64,000 nucleotides of DNA from an uncultured Armatimonadetes bacterium. Lineage in GTDB: Bacteria > Armatimonadota > UBA5829 > DTJY01. The notes under the pieces were generated by a model. That model saw only the letters and a list, made by a program, of their open reading frames with translations, was not told where the DNA came from and ran no database searches. A program made the translations under genes and the position numbers. The stretch's first letter is position 1. Each line of letters opens with the position of its first letter. Location: the NCBI GenBank assembly GCA_963717145.1, contig OY970325.1, forward strand, positions 1 through 64,000, in the 5' to 3' direction. Shown one piece after another: positions 1 through 11,102 of this stretch.

Positions 1-1
1 C

Positions 2-714
2 TCAACCCGGTCCCATCCACTCCAGGACCGCTTGGCCGAGGATCTTGGCCGCCTGCGGCGGCGTGAAGCGCGCCGTGTTGAGCACCAGGTCATAGGTGAG
101 CACCTCGTCGGGGTCGTGCTTGAAGTACTGCTTCAAGTAGCGATTCCGGGCCGAGTCTTCCTCCCGGATGAAGTGCTCGGCCGCCTCCTGGCTCAATTTG
201 CTCCGGGCCATGACCTGGGCCACCCGTTTCTCCAGGGGAGCCACCAGGCGCACGTGAAACACGTTCTTGCGGTTCCGGGTGATGACGTTGGCCGCCCGCC
301 CCACCAGGATGACATGGCCCAGGTCGGCCAGATGCAGGACGGTTTCGCTGATCTGGCGGATGAGGGTCTCGGAGGGGGGATGCAGGCCCAGCAGTTGTTC
401 GATCACGTCCTGCACGGACGAGATGCGGTCCTCGGGCATGAAGCGGGCCAGTTGATCCGGCAGGTTGTGCTCCTGGAGCATCTTGGTGACCAGGCTCTTG
501 TCAAACACGGACCAGCCGCAGGTGTACGGGGCGGCCTCCTGCAGGAACGTGGCGAGCTGGACGCGATCTCCATGGCGCCAGAGCCGGTCTGGCGCGAGAT
601 GGTCACGGTCGGGTGGAGGATCCTTGCCTGGGAAGCGCGCTCGTGTGACGCGGGCGGACTGAGCTGGCAGTTGATGAATGACAGGCACTTGCCGACATCG
701 GGTCCAACGTTCAT
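2..714 (-). CDS. Cytidylate kinase-like family protein (one apparent frameshift near 560)
   Basis: ORF 403..714 supplies the N-terminus with TVTISRQTGSGAMEIA (P-loop-like). ORF 2..775 supplies VILVGRAA, FHVRLVAP..KRV, EED..R..Y...YF and YDLVLNT. Together these match the cytidylate-kinase-like family. Confidence 0.8.
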
Positions 715-965
715 ATAAAATCCTTTCCCTTTCCGCCGGTGGCTCGCCGAAAATCCCGCGGCAATCCCTCTTCACCGGCTTCTGCTGTCAATCTAATGCC
801 GAACCCGGACAAAAACAACTCTTTCTTGAGCACGGCTGGCCTGAAGATCGGCATTGTTTTTCTGCCCCTTCTTTGATACGCTCCCTTCGCAAAGCCCGGT
901 CGATATGGCAGTGGTGGCCCAATCCCCGGGCTCGACCTGCAACCAACGCTTGAACAGGAACGCTT

Positions 966-3900
966 GTGAAAAAGACGCTTTTCCTTCTTCTCGTCCTGCT
1001 GGCCGGCGTCCTCCAGTCCCGAGGCGCCGACGTCATCATCTCGGAGTTCATGGCCTCGAACACCCGGACCCTGGCGGACGAGGATGGGCAGTATTCGGAC
1101 TGGATTGAGGTGTTCAACCGGGGCGCGGAGCCAGTGGATTTGGGGGCCGGCTTCTGACGGGATAACGAAAACAACCTGGTGAAGTGGCAGTTTCCCTCCA
1201 CCAACCTCGCGCCGGGGGCCTTTTCGGTGGTGTTCGCCTCCGGCAATGACCGGCGCGGTGGCAGGCGCGCCCCTGCACACCAACTTCAAGCTGGACGCCG
1301 GCGGCGAGTTCCTCGCCCTGGTCCAACCCGACGGAATGACCCTGGTTACCGCGTTTGCGCCCACTTATCCCCAGCAATATGCGGACATTCCCTACGGCTC
1401 GCTGATGAGCGGCAACACCACCCCGCTGCTGACCTCCGGGGCCGTTGCGCGCGTCCTGGTTCCGTCCGGGAACATCGGCAGCACCTGGCGTTCGACCAAC
1501 TTCAACGACGCGGGCTGGCCGGCCGGAACCACCGGCGTGGGCTACGACAACACCACCAACTACCCGCCGGTCATCGGCCTGGACCTGAGGTCAGCCATGT
1601 CGAACATCAATGCCTCCGCCTATCTGCGCCTGCCCTTCAATGTGGAGACGAACCCGGCCGCTTTCCAGGGACTGCTGCTGCGCCTGCGCTACGACGACGG
1701 TTTTGTGGCCTGGCTGAACGAAACCGAAGTGGTGCGCCGGAACGCGCCCACAACCCTCGCCTGGAACTCTGCCGCCACCGGGACGCACGGCACCCCCTCG
1801 CCAGCCACGCTGGCTGAGACCTTTGAAGGGGCCGTCGCCAATTATTCGCTCTCGCTCTATGCCGCCGTCCCGGCGGCAGCCGTGCAGGCGGCCGGGGCCG
1901 GTTCCACCGGCAAGTTCCTCCGGTTGCTTTACGATGGCGTCAACAACAACGCCAACGCCATCGCCTTTCCGCTCGTCTCGCCGGGCGCCTATGGGCGGAT
2001 CGCCGCGCAGTTTGATTTCCGCGTCAGCGATGCCCAAGGGGAGCCGGCCGACGGCTTCAACTTCCTGCTGATCCCCACCGCCGTTTATGGAACCAACGGG
2101 CCGGGCTTGAACGTGGTCGCCCAGAGCTACCCGGCCGAAGAACCCAGCTACCCGGGCGTGTTCGCCATCGGCTTCGACGTTTATCCCCACAACGAGCCCC
2201 GGAACGATGTCTCCGCCCACTGGAATGGCCGGGAATATGTGAACGTGACCATCCCCCGCGCCACCCTCGACCTGGTGGCGGGCGTCTTTCACCGCGCGAA
2301 TATCTTTCTCGAACAAACCACGGGGGGTTCTCTCGTGAGCGTCACCGTTACGCCCAGCGTCAATGCCACACCGGGCGATCCCTATACGGTCTTCACCAAC
2401 TTCTTCATCCCCGGCCTCAATCCGTATGAGTGTCGGGTTGAGTTGGGCGGCCGCACGGGCGGGGCCGATTTGTCGCTCGACCTGGATAACCTCAATGTTC
2501 AGTTCAACCCGACGCAAGGGGCGGTGCCCTTTGAGGACTTTGACATCTCCGCGTTCCGCGGTTTGCTCCAGCAGGGCTCGAATGTTCTGGCCATCCAGGG
2601 CCTCAATGTCGCGGCCAACGACCGCGATTTCCTGATCCTGCCGGAGCTGGCCGGCGAGGCCTACGCCGTCGGAGCCTCCGCCAACTACATCTACCCGCCC
2701 ACGCCGGGGTCTTGGAACAACGTCACCGCCGCGGGCAAGCTGGGGCCGGTCAGCTTCTTCCCCCCGGCAGGGGTCTATGCCAGCAACACGCTCGCCGTCA
2801 CCATGGCCTCGTCTTCCTCCTCGGGCCAGATCCGTTACACGCTGGACGGCAGCGCGCCTACGGCTTCTTCCCCGCTTTACACCGGCCCGGTGGTCCTGGC
2901 GGCCAACGGGGTTGTCCGCGCCTGCGCCTTCGAGACCAACCTGATCCCGGCCGAGGTCGCTGCCGCCAACTACGTCCTGCTCGATTCCAGCCTGACCAAC
3001 TTTGCCAGCCGGTTGCCGCTGGTCGTCATTGACACCCTGGGGGGGATCCTGGCGGCGGACGCCAAGATCCCGGCCTACGCCGTCTTCATCGACACCAACG
3101 TTCCCTCGGGGCGGATTGGTCTGACCAGCCCGCCGGACCACACGGGGCGGGTGGGGGTGGAATACCACGGGCAGAGTTCCCTGGGGTTTCCCAAGAAGTC
3201 CATGAATGTCGAGATCGATGACGAAGAAGGCAATGACCTGAAGAGGCCGCTGCTGGGCCTGCCCAAAGGCAGCGATTGGGTGCTCTACGCCCCCTACACC
3301 GACAAGACGTTCATGAACGACGTGCTCGCCCACGACCTGTGGGAAGCGATGGGCCACTACGCGGTGCGCCGCCGTTTTGTAGAAGTCTTTGTCCGCAGCA
3401 CGTCGGGGCGGCTGGCCTCCAGCGACTACCAGGGAATCCACGTCCTGTTGGAGAAGGTGCGCGTGGCGCCGGAGCGGGTGGACTTGGCGAACCTGGACCC
3501 GGCGGACAACACCGAGCCGGCTGTCTCCGGGGGCTATATCTGGAAGAAGGACAAGACCAGCACCGGGGACGTGCTCTTTAGCACGACCAGCGGCCAGACG
3601 TTTATCTACCACGACCCCCGGGGCGCCGATCTGACCGCGGCTCAGAAGACCTGGCTGGTCAATTACCTCAACCAGTATGAAACCGTGCTCTATGGCGCCA
3701 GTTGGCGCGATCCCGTTAACGGCTACAACCGCTACATTGATGTACCGTCCTTTGTCGATACGCATTGGATCGTCGAGTTTCCCAAGAACATCGACGGCTA
3801 CCGCCTGAGCAACTTCCTGCACAAGGACCGCAGCGGGAAGGTCCTGGAAGGACCGGTCTGGGACTGGAACCTCTCTCTGGGCAATGCCAACTACCTGGAG

Positions 3901-6900
3901 GGCGGCAAAACCAACGGCTGGTACTACACCCAGCTCGGGTCCGGGGATGATCTCTGGCTGAGCCGCCTCCGGACTGACCCGGATTTCTACCAGAAGATCA
4001 TCGACCGCTGGGGCGAGCTGAGGACCAACGTGCTGGGGCTGTCAAACCTCCTGGCGCGCGTCAATGCCTACACCAATTTGCTGCAGGAGGCCCAGGCGCG
4101 CGACTTTGCCAAGTGGGGACACCTGGGGGTTTACGTCTGGCCTAATCCGAACGGCACCGCCGGCGGTTGGGACGTGGACTACGTTACGCCGACGACTTAT
4201 GCGGGCATCATGGGGGAGATGAAGAAGTGGGTCACGGGCCGGTTTAACTGGGTGGACAAACAGTTCATCCGCGGGCCGTCGTTGAGCCTGCCGGCGGGTC
4301 TGATCGTTCCCGGGGCGACGCTCACCGTCTCCGCGCCGGCGGGCGCGATCTACTATACCCTGGATGGGTCGGACCCGCGGCTGAGTGGGGGTGGCACCAA
4401 TCTCTCTGCCCGACTCTATGCGGGGCCCTTCACCCTCCTGAACAACGCGGGCGTCTTTGCCCGCGCGACCAGCGGGGGCAGTTGGAGCCCGCCCGCCCGG
4501 GCGGTGTATGTCGTGACCACTCCGGCCTTGCGCATCACCGAAATCATGTATCATCCGGAACCTCCGCCCACCAACAGCTCCTGGCTCGATGCGGACTTCG
4601 AGTACGTTGAGGTCGCCAACACGGGGACCGCACCGCTCAACCTGGCCGGCGTCCGGCTGGGCGGAGGCATCGACTTCACCTTCACCTCCGGGGTGCTGGG
4701 AGCAGGCGAAGCCATCCTGGTGGTTCACAACCGGGCCGCGTTCGAGTCTCGTTACGGGACGGGTCACCGGATCGCCGGCGAGTTCACCGGCTCGCTCAAC
4801 AACGCCGGGGACGATCTCACCCTGTTCGGTCCGGTGGGCGAGCCCATCCTGGATTTCCACTACGACGGGAGCTGGTTCGCCTCGGCCGATGGCCTGGGGT
4901 ATTCGCTGGTGGCGCGGGATCCCTCGGCTCCATTGAACGCCTGGAACTCAATCGAGGGCTGGCGCATCTCCAGCGCGCAAGGGGGTTCGCCGGGGCTGAC
5001 CGATCCGCCGCCGCTGAACATTCCGGTCGTTCTGATCAATGAGGTCCTGGCCAGCACGCCGGGCCTGGCGGGCGACCGCATCGAGTTGTTCAATCCGAAC
5101 GACCAGCCCGTTGACATCGGAGGCTGGTTCCTGACCGATGCGTTCTACACCCCTCGAAAATTCCGCGTTCCCGAGCCGACCTCGATTCCCGCCCGCGGGT
5201 TCAGGGTTTTCACCGAGGCCGATTTCAACCCCGCCCCCGGCGCCGCCACCAGCTTCGCCCTGGACGCGCAGGGGGATGACGCCTGGCTCTTCTCCGCGGA
5301 TGCCTCCTCCAATCTTACCGGCTACGTGCATGGCTTTCATTTTGGGGCTTCGGAGGGGAATGTGACCCTCGGGCGCCATGTCACCAGCGAAGGCCGGGAG
5401 CACTTCGTGGCGCAGGTCGCGGCCAGCCTGGGCGCAACCAACCTGGGCCCGCGGGTGGGGCCGGTCGTGATCAATGAGCTGATGTTCCACCCGCCCGATA
5501 CCGGCACGCTGGATAACACCCTGGACGAGTTCATTGAATTGGTGAGCCTCACCAACGCGCCGGTCCCCTTGTTCTGTGAGCTGGCCCCTACGAACACGTG
5601 GCAACTGAAGGGCGGCGTGGATTTTGTCTTTCCCCAGGACCTCACCCTCCTGCCTGGCGAACATGTGCTGGTGCTGAACTTTGACCCCGCGGATACGGTC
5701 CAACTGGCGGCCTTCCGCGCTCGTTATACTCTGCCCGGCGGGGTGCGGCTCTTCGGGCCCTACGGGGGCAAACTGAACAACGGGGGAGACAATGTCGAGC
5801 TGAAGAAGCCGGTCCTGCTCCAAGTCACCAACGTGGCTTGGGTGCTGGTGGACAAGATCGAGTACTCAAGCCAGGCGCCCTGGCCTTGCGGCGCCGATGG
5901 CACTGGCGCATCGCTCCAGCGCCAGCAGGCGGGGAGCTTCGGAAATGATCCAGCCAACTGGGCGGCCGCCGGGCCCACGGCGGGCCAGCTCAATTTGGTG
6001 GTGTCTCCGGCGGCGCCGGTGGTGATCACCCCCCCGGCTGACCAATGGACGGTGGTCAACGGGAGCGCAACCTTCAGCGTGGAGGTTTGCGGCACGCCGC
6101 CCCTGGCCTACCGGTGGCTCTTCGAGGACGCCCCGGTCGGCGGTGCCACCCGGGCCACGCTGGTCAAGGAGGCGGTCCAGGAACAGGACGCCGGCCGCTA
6201 TCGCGTGATCGTCACCAACGCGGCCGGCTCGGTGACCAGCGCGCCAGCCCGCCTTTCTGTCTTTGCCTCCCTCGGCCCGGTCATCACCCAACAGCCTCAA
6301 GACCAGACCGTGCCCGGCAATGGGGCGACCGTTTTCACGGTGGCAGGCCTGGGCCCGCCGCCGCTGCAGTGCCAATGGCGGTGCTACGGCACCAACCTGC
6401 CTGGCCGGACTGAGCCCACGTTGACGTTGACGAACATCCAGGCCTCCCAGCAGGGGCCGTACAGCGCGGTCTTTGCCAATCCCTACGGCTTCGCGGCCAG
6501 CGCCGACGCTTACCTGACCGTGCAGGTGCCCTGCGTGATCCTGACCCACCCCACCAATGTGACCCTCGTGCCCAGCCCGGCCACCAACACGGTCACCGCC
6601 AGCAATACCACCTTCCGGGTTTTTGCCGCCGGCATGGGGCCCCTGAGCTACCAATGGCGTTTCTGGGGCACCAATCTGCCGGGTGCGACCGAGGCCACCC
6701 TGATCATCAGCAACGCGGGGCTGGCCCAGGCCGGGCCCTACTCGGTGCGGGTTTCGGACTCGATCACCACCCTGACCAGCTCCAACGCCATGTTGAAGCT
6801 GCTGACCAAGCCGACCATCACCGTGCCCATCCAGGCCCAATCGGTGGTGTCCGGAGGGTCGGTCACCTTCTCGGTCTGGGCGGTGCCGGTGCACCCGACC

Positions 6901-7470
6901 CTGCCCTTCACCTACCGGTGGTTGCGAGGAGGGACGAACTACCTCACGAACACCTACTGCACGCTTCCGGCGAGCAACGTGACCAACTCGACGACCTACC
7001 AGGTGGTGGTGCAGAATGACGGAGGCACCGACTACAAGCCGCCGGTGGTGCTGTCGGTCTGGGCGGATGCGGACAAGGACGGGCTGCCGGACCGGTGGAT
7101 GACAAACTATTTCGGGCACACCAACGGGCTGGCGGCGGACAAGTCGCGGGCCCAGGACGACGCGGATGGGGACGGGATGACGAACCTGGAGGAATATCAG
7201 GCGGGGACGAACCCAACGAATGCGCTGAGCGTGCTGCAGTTGGTGGGGGTGCCGGGGGGCGGGGCAGGGGAGCCGGCGCGGTTGTATTTTGGGGCGGTCT
7301 CGAACAAGACCTACAGTCTGGAGTATCGGGACAACGTGAGCGGGGGCGGGTGGGTGACGGTGGGGAGCTACGATTCGCTGCCGACCAACCGGGTGCAATG
7401 GGTGACGAACGACCTGCCGCTGGCGCTGACCAACGTCTTCTATCACCTTAAAGTACCCCGGAACAACTGA
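966..7470 (+). CDS. Large secreted multidomain protein: lamin-tail domains, galactose-binding-like and lectin-like domains, chitobiase C-terminal-like repeats, CotH kinase, Ig domains, Ca-binding DxDxDG repeats, C-terminal domain (two apparent frameshifts at about 1145 and 1255)
   Basis: GTG at 966 starts a signal peptide (MKKTLFLLLVLLAGVLQSRGA) followed by LTD motif VIISEFMASN...DWIEVFN. It continues through ORF 1179 (KWQFPSTNL) into the 2074-aa ORF. CotH motifs GQSSLGFPKKS, NIDGYRLS and GPVWDWNLSLG are present, along with IRYTLDGS/IYYTLDGSDP, LTD motifs ITEIMY/INEV/INELM and DADKDGLPD...DADGDGMTNLEEY. Confidence 0.85.
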
Positions 7471-7481
7471 GGTCCCGTTCC

Positions 7482-7727
7482 TTATTGCCGCTCGTATTCG
7501 CCCTTGCTGATCCGCTTATAGACGGTGAAGCCGGCCTGTTTGGCGCCGGAGACCGAGAGGGGCTTGAGCTTGACCGGGGTGTTGAAGGAGGAAAAGACCT
7601 TGCGCACGGGCGCCTTGCAGAGAGGGCAGTGGGTCAGAGGCGGGGCGCTGAGTGGACGGCGCAGAGTGAATCCCTCACGGCAGACGAGGCAGCCGTCCTG
7701 GCAGGCTTCATACTCATAGAGTGGCAT
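7482..7727 (-). CDS. FmdB-family zinc ribbon protein
   Basis: MPLYEYEA...CLVC...F...CPLC...VRKVFS matches the FmdB/CxxC_CxxC_SSSS pattern. Confidence 0.85.
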   Translation of the reverse strand: MPLYEYEACQDGCLVCREGFTLRRPLSAPPLTHCPLCKAPVRKVFSSFNTPVKLKPLSVSGAKQAGFTVYKRISKGEYERQ

Positions 7728-7860
7728 GGCTCCATGCGGAATCTCACCGTGGGCCGGCGAATTGTCAACGGTGGGCGCGCGCGTGCGGACACCGGAATTT
7801 CCCTGTCATCAGGCCCGGGCGCGTGCTAGGCTGGCGGGGCAGTTGCAGACGGAGCCCACC

Positions 7861-9342
7861 ATGGACAAACTGCTATTGATCGATGACGAGGCGGACGTGC
7901 AGTATTCGTTCCGGCGGATATTTGACTCGCCGGAGATCGAGTTGACCACCGCCTCGAGCGGGGAGGAGGCCCTCAAGCTGATTCCGCGGCTGAAACCCGA
8001 TCTGGTGCTCATGGACATCCGCCTGGGCGGCCTGAGCGGGCTGGAGACCTTGCGCCGCCTGCGTCAGATCGACGCGCGCCTGCCGGTCATTCTCATGACG
8101 GCCTACGGCACCACCCAGACCGCCATCGAGGCCATGAAGCTGGGGGCCTACGACTACCTGCTCAAACCGTTCGATGTCCCAAAGCTCAAGCAAGTGGTGG
8201 CCGACGCCCTCAAGGCCTCCCGCGCCATGCGGCAGGTCGTGTCCTATGAGCCGTTGCTGGAGTCGGAAGACTACACCCTGGGCATCGTGGGACGCACCGA
8301 GGCCATGCAGAATGTTTTCAAGCTCATCGGCCAGTTGGCTGCCTCGGATGCGACCGCCCTCATCACGGGAGCAAGCGGCACCGGCAAGGAATTGGTGGCC
8401 CGGGCCATCTATCATCACAGCCGGCGGGCCGGGCAGCCGTTCCTGGCCATCAATTGCGCCGCGATTCCGGAGACCCTGCTCGAGAGCGAACTCTTCGGAC
8501 ACGAGAAAGGGGCGTTCACCGGGGCGACCTCCCAGCGCATCGGCAAGTTCGAGCAGTGCAACCGGGGCACCATTTTCCTGGATGAGATCGGCGACATGGC
8601 CCCGGCCACGCAGACCAAGATCCTGCGGGTGCTTCAATCCGGAACCTTCGAGCGGGTCGGGGGCAACCAGGACGTGAAGGTGGACGTGCGGATCATCGCC
8701 GCCACCAACAAACCGCTGGAGGAGGCGGTGGCGGCCCGGCAGTTTCGCGAAGATCTCTTCTACCGCCTGAATGTGGTGCGCATTCATCTGCCTCCGCTGC
8801 GGGAGCGCATCGCGGATATCCCCATCCTGGTCAACTACTTCCTTAAACGGTTGGCCGACCGGCAACGCCAGCCTCCCAAGCCGGTTTCGCCGCAGGCTTT
8901 GGCCTTGCTCCAGCGTTATACCTGGCCGGGCAATGTGCGGGAGCTGGAGAATGGCATCCAGCGGGCCTTGGTTGTGGCCAAAGGGGATGTGCTTCTACCG
9001 GGTGACTTCCCTCCCGAAATGACAGGAATGCAGACGCCTGTCCCGGGTCCCATGGCGCTTCAACGCTCCGTGCCGGAGGCCTCTGCCAGGGGGGCCGCGG
9101 TGCCTGCCGCAGGAGAGGCTTCCGCTGAAGTGTCCAATTTGGCCAGGGCCTTATTTCAGTGGGCGCGTCAGGATGGCCGGCGAAAAGTCATTCCCGCCGT
9201 GGAACGGGAACTGGTGATCCAGGCCCTGCTTGAGACCCAGGGCAATCAGGTCCAGGCGGCGAAGCTGCTTGGCGTCACCCGCGCCACCCTGCGCAAGCGC
9301 ATCGAGAAATTCGGGATTCGCCGGGAATTCTCAGTTCGCTGA
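7861..9342 (+). CDS. Sigma-54-dependent response regulator (NtrC family: REC-AAA+-Fis HTH)
   Basis: LLIDDE and DLVLMD receiver domain, GASGTGKE Walker A, ESELFGHEKGAFTGA, FLDEIGD, FREDLFYRL, WPGNVREL and C-terminal GNQVQAAKLLGVTRATLRK. ATG at 7861. Confidence 0.95.
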   Translation: MDKLLLIDDEADVQYSFRRIFDSPEIELTTASSGEEALKLIPRLKPDLVLMDIRLGGLSGLETLRRLRQIDARLPVILMTAYGTTQTAIEAMKLGAYDYLLKPFDVPKLKQVVADALKASRAMRQVVSYEPLLESEDYTLGIVGRTEAMQNVFKLIGQLAASDATALITGASGTGKELVARAIYHHSRRAGQPFLAINCAAIPETLLESELFGHEKGAFTGATSQRIGKFEQCNRGTIFLDEIGDMAPATQTKILRVLQSGTFERVGGNQDVKVDVRIIAATNKPLEEAVAARQFREDLFYRLNVVRIHLPPLRERIADIPILVNYFLKRLADRQRQPPKPVSPQALALLQRYTWPGNVRELENGIQRALVVAKGDVLLPGDFPPEMTGMQTPVPGPMALQRSVPEASARGAAVPAAGEASAEVSNLARALFQWARQDGRRKVIPAVERELVIQALLETQGNQVQAAKLLGVTRATLRKRIEKFGIRREFSVR

Positions 9343-9359
9343 AGCCACTTTCTGGTGCC

Positions 9360-10733
9360 ATGTCGCCGGACGACACGATTGCCGCCATTGCCACGCCCCT
9401 CGGAGAGGGCGGGCTGGCGGTGGTGCGCGTGTCCGGGGCGGATGCGCTGACCATTGCCGACCGCGTGTTTCGTCCCTCGGGCCGGTCGCCGCAGGCTCCT
9501 TCCCAGGTCGCCTCGCACACCTTGCATCATGGCTGGGTGGTGGGGGGGGAGCGGGTGGTGGACGAAGTGCTGCTGACGGTCATGCGGGCGCCGCGCACCT
9601 ACACGCGGGAGCACGTGGTGGAGATCTCCTGCCATGGCGGGCTGCTGGTGGCCAAACTGGTGCTGGAAGCGGTCCTGGAACATGGGGCGCGGCTGGCGCT
9701 GCCGGGGGAGTTCACCAAGCGGGCCTTCCTCAACGGGCGCCTCGACCTGGCCCAGGCCGAAGCGGTGGCCGACCTCATTCGTTCGCGGACCGAGCTGGCG
9801 CTAGCGGCCGCCAACGAGCAGCTCGCGGGCAAGCTCTCCCATCGCATGAACCGGCTGCGGGATGATTTGCTGGACCTTCTGGCCCACGTCGAAGCCCACA
9901 TCGATTTCCCGGAAGAGGACATTGCGCCTGACACAATGGCCCAGCTCTGTGGCCGGCTGCGGGAGGCTGTGACCTTCATGGACGAGTTCCTGCGCAGTGC
10001 GAGGGAAGGGCAGGTGCTGCGGCGGGGCCTCCGGGCCGCCATCATTGGCCTTCCCAACGTTGGCAAATCCAGCCTGCTCAATCAGCTTCTGGGCCACGAC
10101 CGCGCCATTGTCTCGCCGATGCCGGGCACCACGCGGGACACCATCGAGGAGACGGCCAACATCCGCGGATTGCCGGTCGTGTTTGTTGATACCGCCGGCT
10201 TGCGCGAGGCTGGAGACGAGATCGAAGGGGAAGGCGTCCGGCGCAGCCACGCCGCGCGGGCCCGGGCCGAGCTGGTTCTTCATGTGCTGGACGCTTCCGA
10301 GCCGCTGACCCCGGCGGACGAGGAGTGCCTGCGCGAGTATGCGGCCCGGGCCCACATCCTGGTATGCAACAAATGCGACCTGGGGCGCAAGCTGGTCCTG
10401 CCGCAAGTCCCGGGCGCGCCGGCGGTGGAGGTGAGCTGTGTGACAGGGCAGGGGATCGAGGTCCTCAAAGAGGCCATCCGCCAGGCCATTTGGGCGGGCG
10501 AAATCAAAGCGGAGATGCTGGAGGTCATGATCAATGCGCGACACCAGGAGGCCCTGCGCCGGGCCCGGGAGGCCGCGCTGCGCACGCGGGAGGCCCTGGA
10601 AGCGGGGCACTCTCTCGAACTGGCCGCGCTGGATTTGCGCCTCGCGGTGAATGCGGTGGGCGAGATCGTGGGCAAGACCACCACCGAGGATTTGCTCGAT
10701 TCAATTTTCAGCCAGTTCTGCATTGGCAAGTAG
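9360..10733 (+). CDS. mnmE: tRNA modification GTPase MnmE
   Basis: DTIAAIAT, GEFTKRAFLNGRLDL, GLPNVGKSS, GTTRD, DTAG, NKCD and terminal FCIGK. Confidence 0.97.
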   Translation: MSPDDTIAAIATPLGEGGLAVVRVSGADALTIADRVFRPSGRSPQAPSQVASHTLHHGWVVGGERVVDEVLLTVMRAPRTYTREHVVEISCHGGLLVAKLVLEAVLEHGARLALPGEFTKRAFLNGRLDLAQAEAVADLIRSRTELALAAANEQLAGKLSHRMNRLRDDLLDLLAHVEAHIDFPEEDIAPDTMAQLCGRLREAVTFMDEFLRSAREGQVLRRGLRAAIIGLPNVGKSSLLNQLLGHDRAIVSPMPGTTRDTIEETANIRGLPVVFVDTAGLREAGDEIEGEGVRRSHAARARAELVLHVLDASEPLTPADEECLREYAARAHILVCNKCDLGRKLVLPQVPGAPAVEVSCVTGQGIEVLKEAIRQAIWAGEIKAEMLEVMINARHQEALRRAREAALRTREALEAGHSLELAALDLRLAVNAVGEIVGKTTTEDLLDSIFSQFCIGK

Positions 10734-10749
10734 GCCGGTTTCCAAGGCG

Positions 10750-10990
10750 TGAACCGAACCTGCAATCGCAGTAGGGCGAGCCTCCTGGCGAGCCCAAACT
10801 TGATCAGGGCTCCGCAGGAGCGTCGCCCTACCAGGTTCATGGTCCCAACACGTGATTCTCGATTCATCCAGGCCGTCGATGAACTGCACCCCCGTAGGCT
10901 TCCAGCCTGTCGCTGGGGGTTCCCTTACGACAGGCCGGATGCCTGTCCCACGTCGGGGGAGCGGACGCCTCGGCGAGGCGTCCTACCAGC
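10750..10990. repeat. Mosaic REP/REPIN array containing a 52-bp unit
   Basis: GTAG...CTAC doublet at 10771-10831, reversed 52-bp unit at 10834-10885, and further hairpins at 10893-10951 and 10963-10986 (ggacgcctcggcgaggcgtcc). Confidence 0.75.
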
Positions 10991-11102
10991 CTTGAGTCCA
11001 GGGGATCCATGTGCGAAACACCTGTTCGGCGAGCTCTCCCGTTACCCTCCCAGGGGAGAGGGAGAATGGCAGGCAGTGTTGGCGGGAAACGACGGAGGCC
11101 GG

